Positions 51,299 to 63,016 of a stretch of 64,000 bases of DNA are shown here, piece by piece. Where the stretch lies: NCBI GenBank assembly GCA_030390025.1, contig CM059431.1:112036001-112100000 (forward strand), written 5' to 3'. Within the stretch, counting starts at the first letter, position 1; every line of letters begins with the position of its first letter. Below the pieces are notes generated by a model. The model was given only the letters and a program-made list of their open reading frames with translations. It did no database searches and had not been told where the DNA came from. The translations under genes were made by a program, and so were the position numbers. The stretch is from Squalus acanthias (taxonomy: Eukaryota).

Positions 51299-51871
51299 GT
51301 AAGGAGAGCTTGCTGCCGACATTGAGTCACAGATGTATATTGGAAGGAGGTCTCATATTGGTCATCCACTATTGTCGTTTATCTCTCTGCTTGGAAAGAG
51401 AGAATTTGGTGGTGATGGACCTTTTTAGCAGTTAAAATATAAAATTAAAAGTGGATAGATGGTAGTGAATTACTCACTCTTTAAGCGCAGTATGGACTGA
51501 AACTCCAGGAAGATTACACAGCACCATTGGAATAACATTGTGTTTTGTTTGTCCTTTTACGGAATGCCCTGCCTGATTAAAAGAATTGAAAGCATTTATC
51601 ACTTGGGCGAAAATAATTTATGCACTAGGGACGCTATCACAGTCTATTAACAGATTTCCAAAAATACCTTGATGATTGCTGTCAGTGGTCTGTGAACCTC
51701 TGGAAGAGATGCTCCAAAGGAAACTTATATAGGCAGCATGTGTTGGGCATTAGCAAAACGCATCGAGAAGCTGTGAGCTTCAGTGCTGGAGTTTGAAGAG
51801 CTGCATGAATTAATTTGCTGAGAGCCAACTTTGAAATGATATTTTCCTTCAACTCTTTTTTTTTGGTTTAG

Positions 51872-52127
51872 GTGGTGGGAGTGACCTTGAGTCAGAATAT
51901 CCAAACAGCAAGGCGATGGACGGACCCAAGAATGACATGTCACTCCGCAGGACCTCCACCTCTGAATATAAGCCTGTTGTGCCCTACAACCAATTCCTGC
52001 CAACTAAAAGCAAACCGTCAACCTATGTCCCAGCTCCGCTGAGGAAAAAGCGAGCGGAAAAGAATGAAGATAACAGAAGAAGTTGGGCGAGCCCAATGTT
52101 TACAGAAACCGATGGCACATTTTCGAG
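51872..52127 (+). CDS. LMO7: LMO7 coding exon (phase 1-2)
   Basis: ttttggtttag| ... |gtactt; [27 protein letters not shown]...[34 protein letters not shown]; 256 nt. Confidence 0.95.
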
Positions 52128-52884
52128 GTACTTTGCTTTTAAAATGATTTGTATTTTATTTTGTCGTAAATTGCATTCAGTATATAGGTGAGCTCACTGT
52201 TTAAAAGAAAATGGAGACATCTGCAGTTTAATATGTAAGTATTGCTTTTACAGTTTGTACCAAATTAACTCATTTCATTGTCAAATAGCTAGATTCTCAT
52301 GAAGTATGGCTACTTGGATAAGGTACTAGTGATCTGATGGCCACTATGTAACCATACTCCACTGTGAGCCAGGACTTTCTAAAGAGCGCAAGTATTATTT
52401 AGATGCAAAGTACTCAAGATTAAGTAGCGTTTGGATGCTGCACATCAGTGGTACTAGATTGTGCTTCTCCTTTTGGGAAAAAATTATACTTTTATAAAGC
52501 ATTGTGGATATACAACTAAAAAAAAATGGACAGAATTTGAATATACAAGACTAAAAAAATCTGTATTCAAAATTGCATTTGTGCATGAACTTAAGAATTA
52601 GCAAGACTCCAGTGCAAGTTCCAGTCGTGAATGGTATTCGCACTGAGGCTTCCGAGCGCCCCTTGTTAATTCCAGCTATATTGAGGGTGGAACTTTATTG
52701 GAGGGACAGGGTCCTACACTACTCGATCGCATCGTTGACTGGCCGAATCGAGGAGCACTAGAGATGGTAATTATTAGTGAGGCCTTCATACTGGTCCATC
52801 CAACCATCACTTAAGAGGTTAGTATGTGGCGGGAAAGGGGAGGCTTTTATGACCAGCCTCGATGAGCATTCTGCTTGAGATGAG

Positions 52885-53740
52885 AAACATAGGAACAGGA
52901 GGAGGCCATTCAGACCCTCGAGCCTGTTCCACCATTCAGTTAGATCGTGGCCGATCTCTACCTCAGCTTCATTTACCCACCGTTGTTCCTTATCCCTTGA
53001 TACCCTTACCTAACACTATTGATCTCAGTCTTGAAAATCTCAATGAACCCAGCATCCGTAGCTTTTAGGGGGAGCAAGTTCAAGATTTCCACTATCCTTT
53101 GTGTGAAAAAGTGTTTCCGAATTCCACTCTGAAAGGCCTGGCTCTAATTTTAAGATTCTGCCCCCTTGTTCTGGATTCCCCACTAGAGGGAATAATTTCC
53201 CTGTATCTACTCTATCGAATACCCCCCCCAATCATTTTAAATACCTCGATTAGATCACTCCTCAATCTTTTCAAACTCCAGGGAATACAAGCCAAGTTTA
53301 TGCAACCAATGTTCCCTTTAAGCTGCGCGGCCGCACTACGCTCTGCAGCTCCCGCGCAGCTGGTTCACCGGTTTTTAAATCGGAAAAACCGTGCATGCGC
53401 GGTATTCTGAATAGGTCGTGCAGCCCCTTAAAGCGACCGCGCACCCAAAAAAAAAAAAAATTTAAGGGAACATTGCATACAACCTGTCCTCATAATTTGA
53501 CTCTTTAATCCCTGGTATTATTCTGGTGAATCTGCGCTGTACCTCTTCCAAGGCCAATATATCTTTGCTGAGGTTCGGTGCCTAAAACTCATTGCAGTTC
53601 TCCAGATTGGGTCTGACCAAGGCTCTGTACAACTGAAGCATCACTACTGAATTCCAACCCCCTTGAGAGAAAAGCCAACATTCCATTCATCTTTTTGATA
53701 ACTTTTTGTAGCGGTGCGCTAGCCTTTCGTGATTTGTGTA
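52885..53740 (-). mobile_element. CR1-type LINE 3' part, interrupted by a hAT-like MITE
   Basis: aaacataggaacaggaggaggccattc tail; FDRVDTGKLFPLVG; KKMNGMLAFLSRGLE. Confidence 0.85.
53307..53475. mobile_element. hAT-like MITE, same family as 24404-24555
   Basis: CAATGTTCCCTT ... AAGGGAACATTG; degenerate 8-bp TSD tatgcaac/catacaac. Confidence 0.8.
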
Positions 53741-53789
53741 CGGCAGTCTTGCAAATAACTTGGTCACTTTCCTTATTGTGACACCAGTC

Positions 53790-54150
53790 ACATAGAAACA
53801 TATAAAAATAGGGGCAGGAGTAGGCCATTCGGCCCTTTGAGCCTGCTCCGCCATTCAATATGATCATGGCTGATCCTCTATCTCAATACCATATTCTCGC
53901 TCTCTCCCCATACCCCTTGATGCCTTTTATGTCTAGAAATCAATCTATCTCCTTCATAAATATATTCAGTGACTTGGCCTCCACAGCCTTCCACAGGTTC
54001 ACCACCCTCTGAGTGAAGAAATTTCTCCTCATCTCAGTCCTAAATGTCCTACCCCGTATCCTGAGACTGTGACCCCTCATTCTAGAGCCCCCCAGCCAGG
54101 GGAAACATCCTCCCTGCATCCAGTCTGTCTCGCCCTGTCAGAATTTTATG
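53790..54150 (-). mobile_element. CR1-type LINE 3' end
   Basis: acatagaaacatataaaaataggggcaggagtaggccattcggccc tail and RT C-terminal sequence. Confidence 0.85.
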
Positions 54151-55050
54151 TCACGTTGATGATCTTTAGTTATTTAGTTCATCCTTTAATGCTTCATAAA
54201 ACAAATAAACATTTCAGGATTTAATTTTATGGTGAGTTTTAGAAAACTCACTACGTTGCAGGGTAAAATTCATTTTTAGCATTTTTATTTTACTAATGAG
54301 AGAGATGTTCCCTCACCCATGGTTGTCAAGTAAACATGAAGAAATGATCATCAGTAATCTGTATTGGTCTTGTCAACACATTTATATTGGAATATATGTG
54401 ACTGAAAGAGGCCATTACGGTCCATCTGGCTGGCCCTAATATGTAATGTTGACCATAATATGCTAAGTGTTTTAAGAAAGCCAGACTTTCAGTCTGCTCA
54501 TTTGAGATGCTAAGCAAGTACTATAATCATAAAAGTCCATTAAACTCAATACAGATCTGGCACTGCATCACTAACTATAATATGGATGTTTTCCACATTG
54601 CTCCAATCTTCCTGCTTCATCTTTGGTTTCCATGTCTTTTTCCTTTGTGGAGCTGGTGCTAAATGAACAACATAATGACGGTGGTGCATCCCTGTTGAAA
54701 GTATATTGGTAAGGAAACTATCAACAAGCTGTGGCTTCGTATTGGTAACACTGTACAACCACAAATGTAACTGGCACTACCACTGCAAGTTGACATCACA
54801 GTGTAGATGTACGCATTCAGGTATGTGCATGTGTACAACTTGCAAGACCGGGAGAACTTTTTTTTTGAGAGGGGCTGAGAGAGAGAAGAAATTGGCAGTG
54901 TTACATTCTGCTGTGGTCTGCGCTGATATCGGTACTTAAATTGGTCGTGCTGTCATGAGTTATTTATCTTAATGTTGTGTATTTCTTGAATCTCACTTTA
55001 GTTTGAGTATTATCCTAGCCTTCAATCCAAATTATCTTAATTGGCCTCAG

Positions 55051-55368
55051 TAGAAAAGAGAAATCTGTAAAAGAAGAAGCTGTTACTGGTGGCATTGGTT
55101 CGTATGGCACTTCCACCAGAGGTGTGGGTGGGACACCTGAAGAATTGCTGCGTGACTACCCCGAGACTGATTCCGGATCAGATGATGAAGGAATGGAACC
55201 AGATCCCGTGTTGGATGACCTGGCACGTCGGAAATTTGGTACTCCTATCAGTTTTACAAGGAATAACCTTCATCGACTGGATAAAAATCTACCTGCACAG
55301 CCTTTTCAAGCTGCTCCCTTGACTGATACTGTCGCACTCTTAACAGAAGAGACTGAGCAATCTAGCAG
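55051..55368 (+). CDS. LMO7: Probable LMO7 cassette exon (phase 2-2, 318 nt)
   Basis: ggcctcag| ... |gtcaga; open frame RKEKSVKEEAVTGG...DYPETDSGSDDEGMEPDPVLDDLARRKFG...EETEQSS; phases fit neighbours; carries the PDxxxDDxxxRK motif seen in the other exons. Confidence 0.75.
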
Positions 55369-55699
55369 GTCAGAAATGCATATGGGATGTGCTATGAAGT
55401 GCAGCTTTTCAAGCTTCAATGGCTGCCATTTTAACTTAAAATAGTTATGTCCATTTGCATTTCATTGACAAAGCATTTCATACTTTCCATCAATAGTTCT
55501 TTTTAATAGTTATATTTGCTTGTGTGTTGCATATTATAAGCCTCTGCAACCAGTGGAGTGGCGTTGAAGTGACGGCTTTGAACTAACACATATCGGCTTA
55601 ATTTAAGAGCTCTTGAAGATCTTGGAAGATAGCATGTTACTTGTCTGCTATGTATATATTCTGGCAGATAAACCTTATTACACTGGATGTTTCTAACAG

Positions 55700-55966
55700 C
55701 AACCAGAGGCTGGTGAGTGGAGAGTCTGCTGAAACTCACCAACCACTTTGGGATGAATCCTCTTCTGAGGAAGAAAAGGGTGACTATCCGGACATTGAGA
55801 AGGATGACCTGTATATGCGTAAACTGAGCCCAATGTTGCCAGGAACAGGTGTTGCTTTTGATAGATTTCTACCAAAGAAGTGGACGCCAGAGGAATCGGA
55901 ACAGTGGAAACAAATACAGTTGGGTTCTCAAAGCAGACCATGGTATAAGCAGATTCAGTACATCAG
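55700..55966 (+). CDS. LMO7: LMO7 coding exon (phase 2-2, 267 nt)
   Basis: ttctaacag| ... |gtttgt; NQRLVSG...PDIEKDDLYMRKLSPMLPGTGVAFDRFLPKKWTPEE...RPWYKQIQYI, matching recalled human KDDLYVRKLSPVMP...FLPKCWTPED...KPWYK. Confidence 0.92.
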
Positions 55967-56047
55967 GTTTGTCCTTATCTGACTAAAATAGCATATACAG
56001 TAGAGATCTGTCTGTGGATCACTTATCTATGATCGCTTGTCCAAGAT

Positions 56048-56511
56048 ATCAGCTGTGGCTCAGTGGGTAGCACACTCGCCTCTGAGTCAGAAGGTTGTGG
56101 GTTCAAGTCCCACTCCAGAGACTTGAGCACATAATCTAGGCTGATACTTCACTGCAGCACTGAGGGACTGCTACACTGTCAGAGGTGGTGTTTTTCAATT
56201 GAGGCATTAAACGCAGGCCTCTCTGGCCTGCCCCCTCAGGTGGATGTAAAAGATTCCATAGCACTATTTGAAGAAGAGCCAAGGGAGTTCTCCCTGGTGT
56301 TCTTGCCAATATTTATCCCTCAACCAACATCACTAAAACCGATTATCTGGTCATTATCACATTGCTGTTTGTGGGAGCTTGCTGTGCGCAAATTGACTGC
56401 CGCATTTCCTACATTACAACAGTGACAACACTTCTAAAGTACTTCATGGCTGTGAAGCACTTTGGGATGTCCTGAGGTTGCGAAAGGTACTATATAAATG
56501 CAAGTTCTTTC
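56048..56511 (+). mobile_element. DeuSINE-type SINE, full length
   Basis: tcagctgtggctcagtgggtagcacactcgcctctgagtcagaaggttgtgggttcaagtcccactcca tRNA head; Deu-like core; tail tatataaatgcaagttcttt. Confidence 0.88.
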
Positions 56512-57318
56512 TATGAAGGACGTTATTTCATAAGTTTTTTAAAAAAACTCTTGAAACTGGACTCTGAGTATTACTATTTGATTGATTTTTCTAACATGTT
56601 CTGATTTTTTCCTACTGATTTAATCCTCTATATTTAAACCAAACTATTAAGATATTTTCACAAAGTAAGTTCCAGCATTTTAATTACAAGATTAAAAAAT
56701 CTGTTTGAATGGCTCAGGTAGTCAAAATTCCTGAAGATTTGTCAATGTTTCATTAAAGGAACAAACTTAAATGGCATTTAATTTTAATGGGGCAAAATAA
56801 GATGGCATTCCTTCGACAGCTTTGGATTGTTTTAATCCATTAAAATTAGCAACCTCATCCAATATCTGGTGGAGATGATGGTGAAGGTGGCAACATGTGT
56901 AAAAACCTAACGTTCTCTGGGAAAACCTGAAGTAATTGGAGCTTAATCAGTCTGTAAACTAAGGATTGTAATTGAACAATGAATTTGGAGCACTAGATAT
57001 TTAACCTGCAGGTTTTGGGTGTTAAAATTGATGCTCATCGTCTCAAACTATTTCTGGATGCTTCAATATTTTTTCACAGATTATAAGCAATAAAGAACTA
57101 GACTGACAGATACTTGCTGAGCGTGAAATTATTGGTAATACGAAAATATAAAATTCACATGGGAATTTGTAAAAGTGGAAAGCTACTTGGCTTAATTGTA
57201 GGAATTCTGTGTTTCTTGTTTTTAAGTATTTTAATTTGCTGGTAACTTCTGGTGATCTCTCTTCATAACTTTTGCTTTTCTTCTGATTCACTTTTACTGT
57301 TCTATCGCCCACCTGCAG

Positions 57319-57513
57319 AAGGAAGCCATCTGAGGTGCAAGAGGATTTAGAGTCTGATGCCCACCATTTCACTATTAACAAACATGGCACTGAACAGAGA
57401 CAGGAGTCCAGCACTGAAAGTTGCTGTAGGGCTGATTCACAAACTATAAAATCCGCAGCAGCGATATCCCAAGGCCGGGCAGAAGATGTCACTCACACTT
57501 TAGCTGAAGAAAG
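57319..57513 (+). CDS. LMO7: Possible LMO7 cassette exon (phase 2-2, 195 nt)
   Basis: Long pyrimidine-rich tract ending cctgcag| ... AAG|gttgat; open frame RKPSEVQEDLESDAHHF...HTLAEE; length multiple of 3 and correct phase; no recognised homology. Confidence 0.6.
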
Positions 57514-58193
57514 GTTGATGTCTCTGCATAACTGTTAAATTCACTAACAAAGTAGTACTCGCTGCACTGTTATATTGTGCCTTGTGTAAAATTTAGTGCA
57601 TTTGTGCAGTGTCTAGACATGAGCGTTTTATGTTAAATCAAGGCACGTCTGGAACTTAATAGAAAAACATATAAAAGATTTGAACAATTTCATTGTCAGC
57701 TAAATAGATGTTTCTTCTGTATTAAGATATTTATATTTTCAGCTACTGTGCTACATTGCAGTATGCTAAATTTCAGTTGTGGGATAAACAACTGTGGCCA
57801 TATTTAAGAAGAAATTGCGCTTCCTTTAACCCGGATGCCTTTTTGGGGTTGAGGAGAACTGATGGAGCCAAAGTGTCCACTGCATTCAGTGAACTGTGAA
57901 ATCTGGCCTTCAGCCAATACAATAATGTAGAGCATTCTGTACACTTGATCCACAATTCTGTGATAACTTACATATCAAATAGTCCTGAAGGCGTTGTTAA
58001 TATAGGCACCTTGCATCTGCTGCTTAAATAATTAGCAAATGTTTGTTACAATGCTTTCTATCTGTCTTGCCGTTTCCAGTCGTCTTTTCTTTGACATTGG
58101 TAACATGCAGATTTTATTCTCGATCATTTTCCGGTAAATATTTCCTTTCCTTTTTTCCCCCCCCCCACTTTCTTTTTATAAAAAAAAAAATAG

Positions 58194-58916
58194 CCTATTT
58201 CCACTGCGTCAAGCTTTATGTGAAAGTTCTACTTATTCAGAGTTGGCAGACTTCTCTGTTTCCAGACCAAAGCTCAACCCTGCCGCAGGCCCTAGAATTA
58301 TAACACAGAAGCAGAATGCCTTCCTTACCCAGCGCGCCCACTCTGCCAAATGGGAAGAGGAGGCAGATAAGGACTTGGAACCAGATTTGGAAAATGACGA
58401 TATGTTCAGTCGCAAAACTGGTGCCTTTCGCCCGAATCCTGATCTCAGACCTTTGTACACTGAGGATCGAAGCACTCTTCAATCTAATGACTCAGTTGAA
58501 AGACTTGTTGCACAAGAAAGAAGAGACAAAAATATAATTCCAGATCCAGAAAAAGATGACGTGATTATTAGAAAAGAACGCTATTCTCAAACGAAGCAAG
58601 TGTTGCCTTCGGGTGCTCCGGACGTGTACACTCCTGTTCCTTTTCCAGATCCATGGACTTTGCCGGAGTCGCTCCGCTCAAAATTCCTTTGCCCACCTGA
58701 CCAAGTCTCAGAAGGAACAGAAAAACGCAAAGGTGCATCGCCATGCCCGGAAAAAGATGACATGCTTTCTCGGAGAATGGCTTTATCCCAAGCTAATCAA
58801 GCGGTGCAGTGTAGCAGCTTTGCTCCTGGCTCATGTAGTGAGGAGGATGCGAAGAAGTGGGAGACTATAAGGGAGGCCAGCAGATTGAGATACAAGAAGC
58901 GGCAGCTGGTCGAGAG
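58194..58916 (+). CDS. LMO7: LMO7 large coding exon (phase 2-2, 723 nt)
   Basis: tag|C CTA TTT CCA CTG CGT CAA GCT TTA ... GTC GAG AG|gtcagg; LFPLRQAL...AGPRIIT...DLEPDLENDDMFSRKTGAF...SGAPDVYTPVPFPDPWTLP...PGSCSEEDAKKWETIREASRLRYKKRQLVE; 5' boundary less certain (alternative in-frame acceptor at 58266). Confidence 0.9.
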
Positions 58917-59790
58917 GTCAGGGTGTGTTGTAGCTAGAAGTGTGTGTTCCATCCATGTCTCTGAGCCCAGCGTGACAAGTCCCTGTAATACTGAGTGAAT
59001 CACGCATGAAGTGTGACCATGTGGAGTTTCTGTACTGTTGACTTGTTCTAATATGAAGTGTTTTGTATTGGTTTCTTTGGCTTACCTTTCCATGACCGAG
59101 CATGAGATGACACCTAACAAGCATTTAATGACCATTGGTTATTCCAGAATTAATGTTTCGAACCTTAAAGGAACAGGCAGCAAAATTGCTGATTCTCAGT
59201 CACTGTCATGATTGACAACTGCTACATCTGTAATGAATAATAAATGCAAAGCTCTTCTTTGTACATTGGCAGAGTAACCATTTTCCATGGTGTAGTGGGA
59301 AATGCACAATTTGAATGCAAGGATTCCTTTTACATTGATCATATTACAGCCGCAGAAACTGAATTGGGTCAGATCAATATTTGCATCCAATAAATTCGCT
59401 ACACCAAACGTATAACTTAAAACAAAAATGTGATTCTTTAAGATACCTCAGGGACGATATATAGGAAATCTAGTGCAACATTTAACCTGTATGTAGATCG
59501 GCAGAGAACTCATTTCAGTAAATGTTGTCACATTACCATATTTGAAAGAGAAAAGTTTCTTCAAAAATGCTCTGCATATTTAACAAGAAGTATAATCAGC
59601 ACAAGGTAGGAATTATTCTAACCAGTCCCTTAGCCTTATGAGGAGTAAGTGTACTTGTTCTCGAGCTGTAAGGGAAAGCTCTTTTATTGCTCTCTCAAAA
59701 TATCAACTGTAATGTTGCAGGAATACAAGCTCATCAGTTCATATATCCCCATTTCAAGTCCTGAATTTCTCCAGTGGACCTAAATTTATT

Positions 59791-60351
59791 GGAGCAAATT
59801 TTAACCCTGCCCGCCTAGGGGAAACCAGGCTGGCGGGCATTTAAAATGGCCGTGGCGAGTTATCCGCTACGATCTTGCTGCCTTCGGTTTGGAATTTTAA
59901 CCTGCTCTTTTGACCAGATGAGCGGGACACGGACGCAAAGCAGCGGGGTCCTGTTCCAAACGTGCAGATCGGGCCTCAATGGCATCATCAGGGCCCGACT
60001 ACACTTTAAACCTGAAGCTTGCAGGGGGAAGTATTTGGGCCCAGCAAGGGAGCCATGGGCCGCCTCTGCACCAGGCTTCCCCCGACTGTGATGCCCTCTG
60101 AACCGCTTATCTGACTGCCGGGCATTGTTCCGTCTAGTCCCTGGTGGCGGTCTCATGCCACCCAAAATCCCGCTCCCACCGGCCGGCCCGCTAGCGCACC
60201 CCGCCAGGTTTGTGCGGGAGACTGAGATCTGCCATGCAGGTGAGGCCCAGGAGTTAAAATGTCCTGGGCCTCGCGCTGAGGAGGGCTGGACGATTTCCCG
60301 TCTGCCTCAGGCCCTGCCCACATGACCCCCGCTGGGAGTTAAAATCGGGGG
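59791..60351. mobile_element. Longer relative of the 14892/23578 MITE family
   Basis: att|GGAGCAAATTTTAACCC ... GGGAGTTAAAATCGGGG; internal repeats of the ttttaac motif. Confidence 0.7.
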
Positions 60352-61852
60352 GGGGGGGGCTGTTAAATTTACGATAAAACAAATCAGTGAATGTCTCAAC
60401 TTCAAGTGACCATTTGCAATAGATGGTTTACAGTCCACACTAGTCAGTGATCTACAAATTTGTTTTGCTCCTCCCCCTTCTGAAAATTCCCGAGAAGGTC
60501 ATGTAAAGCTGAATGACGACTTGCATTTGTAAGCTGTGCGTCCTACACGTGTTGGATGAGAAGAAGGAAAGTGGTACGTCATGTAAGCAACTGGCTAGAC
60601 AGGGGACACATTCTAACCTCCGTCTATCTGCACCATACACCAGGTCCATTTTGAATTTAATTTTAAACTTGATGCTGGATATGTGGGCACCGTTCCCAAA
60701 TATGAGACTGACTATTTCAGAACAGAGGCTATGAATCCCACCCCCGCCTGTCTTTTTTTCAATGCTCAACCCATCGTCTAACAATATCCCATAATCCCTC
60801 CTCACTTCGGGAATGCACCTCTTGAACCCAGTTTTACTTCCTTTTCTATTTGGCATTACAAAGCAATACTTCACACCGCCAAGTCATTGATATCTTTCTT
60901 TTTACATTTATGGCATGGAGTGTGTGAAGGTTACAGGGATATTTGGGGATAAGTAGATTGGCATTATACAGCTTTCATATTGCAACATTTCTTTGAGTCC
61001 AAAATCAAAATATTTTAGTGTTGAAGTATATTTTGCTTTTCCAGCCTTTGGGGACAGGTATTAAAATGTTAGCTGTACTTCCAGAGATTCCAGTACTTTG
61101 TGGAGGAGTACTGTGTTCAGCATTGTAGCTGGCACTTGCAGCTTTTGAGCACTGCATTAAGTCCAGGCTCTCCCACCTCCCCTGTGACATACCACAAATA
61201 AGATGTGCCGAGAGAGAAGGCAGAATAATGACATTTACCTCGTGTTGAAATCTGATCAAACCTTTTTTTCTCAAAGGTAAATGCAATACAGTACTGCTGA
61301 TAGTTTAGTATGGGTTTTTAAATCTTATTCGGTGGCATATTTCGATTTCAAACAAAATACTTCCATCATATTGACCGTTTCTGTAGACTTTCCACGGCTA
61401 TTTTCATACTCTACAGACAGAAGTGTGCATCTGGATTTATCAGCCTCCAACTCCTAGTTCACCTTTCTTATCCTTGGAAATTTGCTTGTGTTCATCCTAT
61501 CAAATGTTATCCCTCGTACCCTTCCATCTCCTGCACTATTGCCCTACTTTCTCAAATTGCCAACTCACTTTTAATTATTAAATTATCCATCACTTTGAAA
61601 GACTTGGCTTAATCCATGATGGTCGATGTGACTTTTGATGCAGCCATTCCATTGCCGACCTGGTTGCTTATGTTATGGACCTCTGAAACACTGGCTTTGA
61701 ACACATTGATTGATCATCCATCAAAGCCTTTTGATGGGGTCGCGCAGCAGCAGGGATCCTAAAATAATACACGCCCAAGATCTAATGAGATGGGGATAAA
61801 GGAGAGAGACCACATCGAATCTATCTGTCCATCTATCTAGTCAAAGCAGTTC

Positions 61853-61958
61853 ATAGAATGGTTACAGCACGGAAGGAGGCCATTCGGCCCGTCGAGCCCG
61901 TGCCGGCTCTCTGCAAGAGCACCTCAGCTAGTCCCGCTCCCCCGCCCTTTCCCCGTAG
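61853..61958 (-). mobile_element. Short CR1 3' terminus
   Basis: catagaatggttacagcacggaaggaggccattcggccc; similar to the 8315 copy. Confidence 0.75.
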
Positions 61959-62983
61959 ATTGATAAACTGAAACAATTATTGATCTCTCACCTATGAAAG
62001 CAAATTTTAAACAGGACATCACAGTAGCCAGGAAAAGAGTGAAGATTGTAAAGTGAGGTCTAATTTAAATTAGTAGTAACTCAATTCCTTATGCTTTCAC
62101 AAAGCAACTTTCAGCCAAATACAGTACTAAGTTGTATCATGGCATTGGCTGCTTATCAAAACTTAATTTTTGTGTGGGCTGTTTTGATAGAAGATTGCAT
62201 GCTTTTTGCACATTTAATGATTTTACAAATGTTTAGTTCTTCATAATACAAGGCACTGAGTTTGTTTAATACAGATATTGCATTACAGCAACATGTGTAT
62301 TTGGTACTTAATAAATGAGACTATAAAATAACACGTTCGTTAATGTTTTATTAATGTTTGAGAGATTTCTGTACATTGAGGACCATAAGATCTATTCTTT
62401 TTCATATACTATTTTATTACATTATTTTTAAACCTTAAATGTGATTATGTTGCAGTGTCTGGTTTGCAACCTCTTTGCAGGTTTGAAGCACAGGATCCAT
62501 GCGTATAGATTTAATGTACAAATTTGTGGATTACCCTGATGATTTTAGTTTCTCTTGACGTTTTGATTAAGTAAATGTTAAAGATGGCATTCTATATATG
62601 GCCACTTCAAACATTTTTGAATTCTTAGCAATATCTGAGTTTTGATATCATCAGTTGTATTTCACACTGTACTATACTTTGATGTTTACTTCACCCAGAT
62701 GAGATGGGATCAAAACTTTACCTTTTTATGGATTTGCACATCTAACCTTTCAAATATTAATTATTGCATTTGTTACTGATGTCATGAAATTGCAGTTTAT
62801 TCAACAGTGGGTATGTAGCAAACTCTGGTGTAGGTGGATTACTTGTGTAAAACCTCATGTACGTATTATTCCAAAATAATGCACACCCAGGTTTACAACT
62901 GGAACCACCTTCTATTGACCACAGCTTTGCAATGTTAACACAGTTACATGCTTTTTTTTTATTGATTTTCTTCAATTCTTTAG

Positions 62984-63016
62984 ACTTCTTCAAAGGTCAG
63001 CTGATGTTGATTTAGG
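62984..63016 (+). CDS. LMO7: LMO7 33-nt micro-exon (phase 2-2)
   Basis: T-rich tract ttcaattctttag|A CTT CTT CAA AGG TCA GCT GAT GTT GAT TTA GG|gtaagt = (R)LLQRSADVDL(G); positional equivalent of recalled human RLFQKIYGENG. Confidence 0.8.

Noticed and set aside
56048..56125. tRNA-like sequence
   Set aside because: It is the head of a SINE, continuous with the SINE body, not a tRNA gene
60452..60874. 140-aa minus-strand ORF
   Set aside because: No recognisable motif and non-ATG start; probably chance or an old repeat
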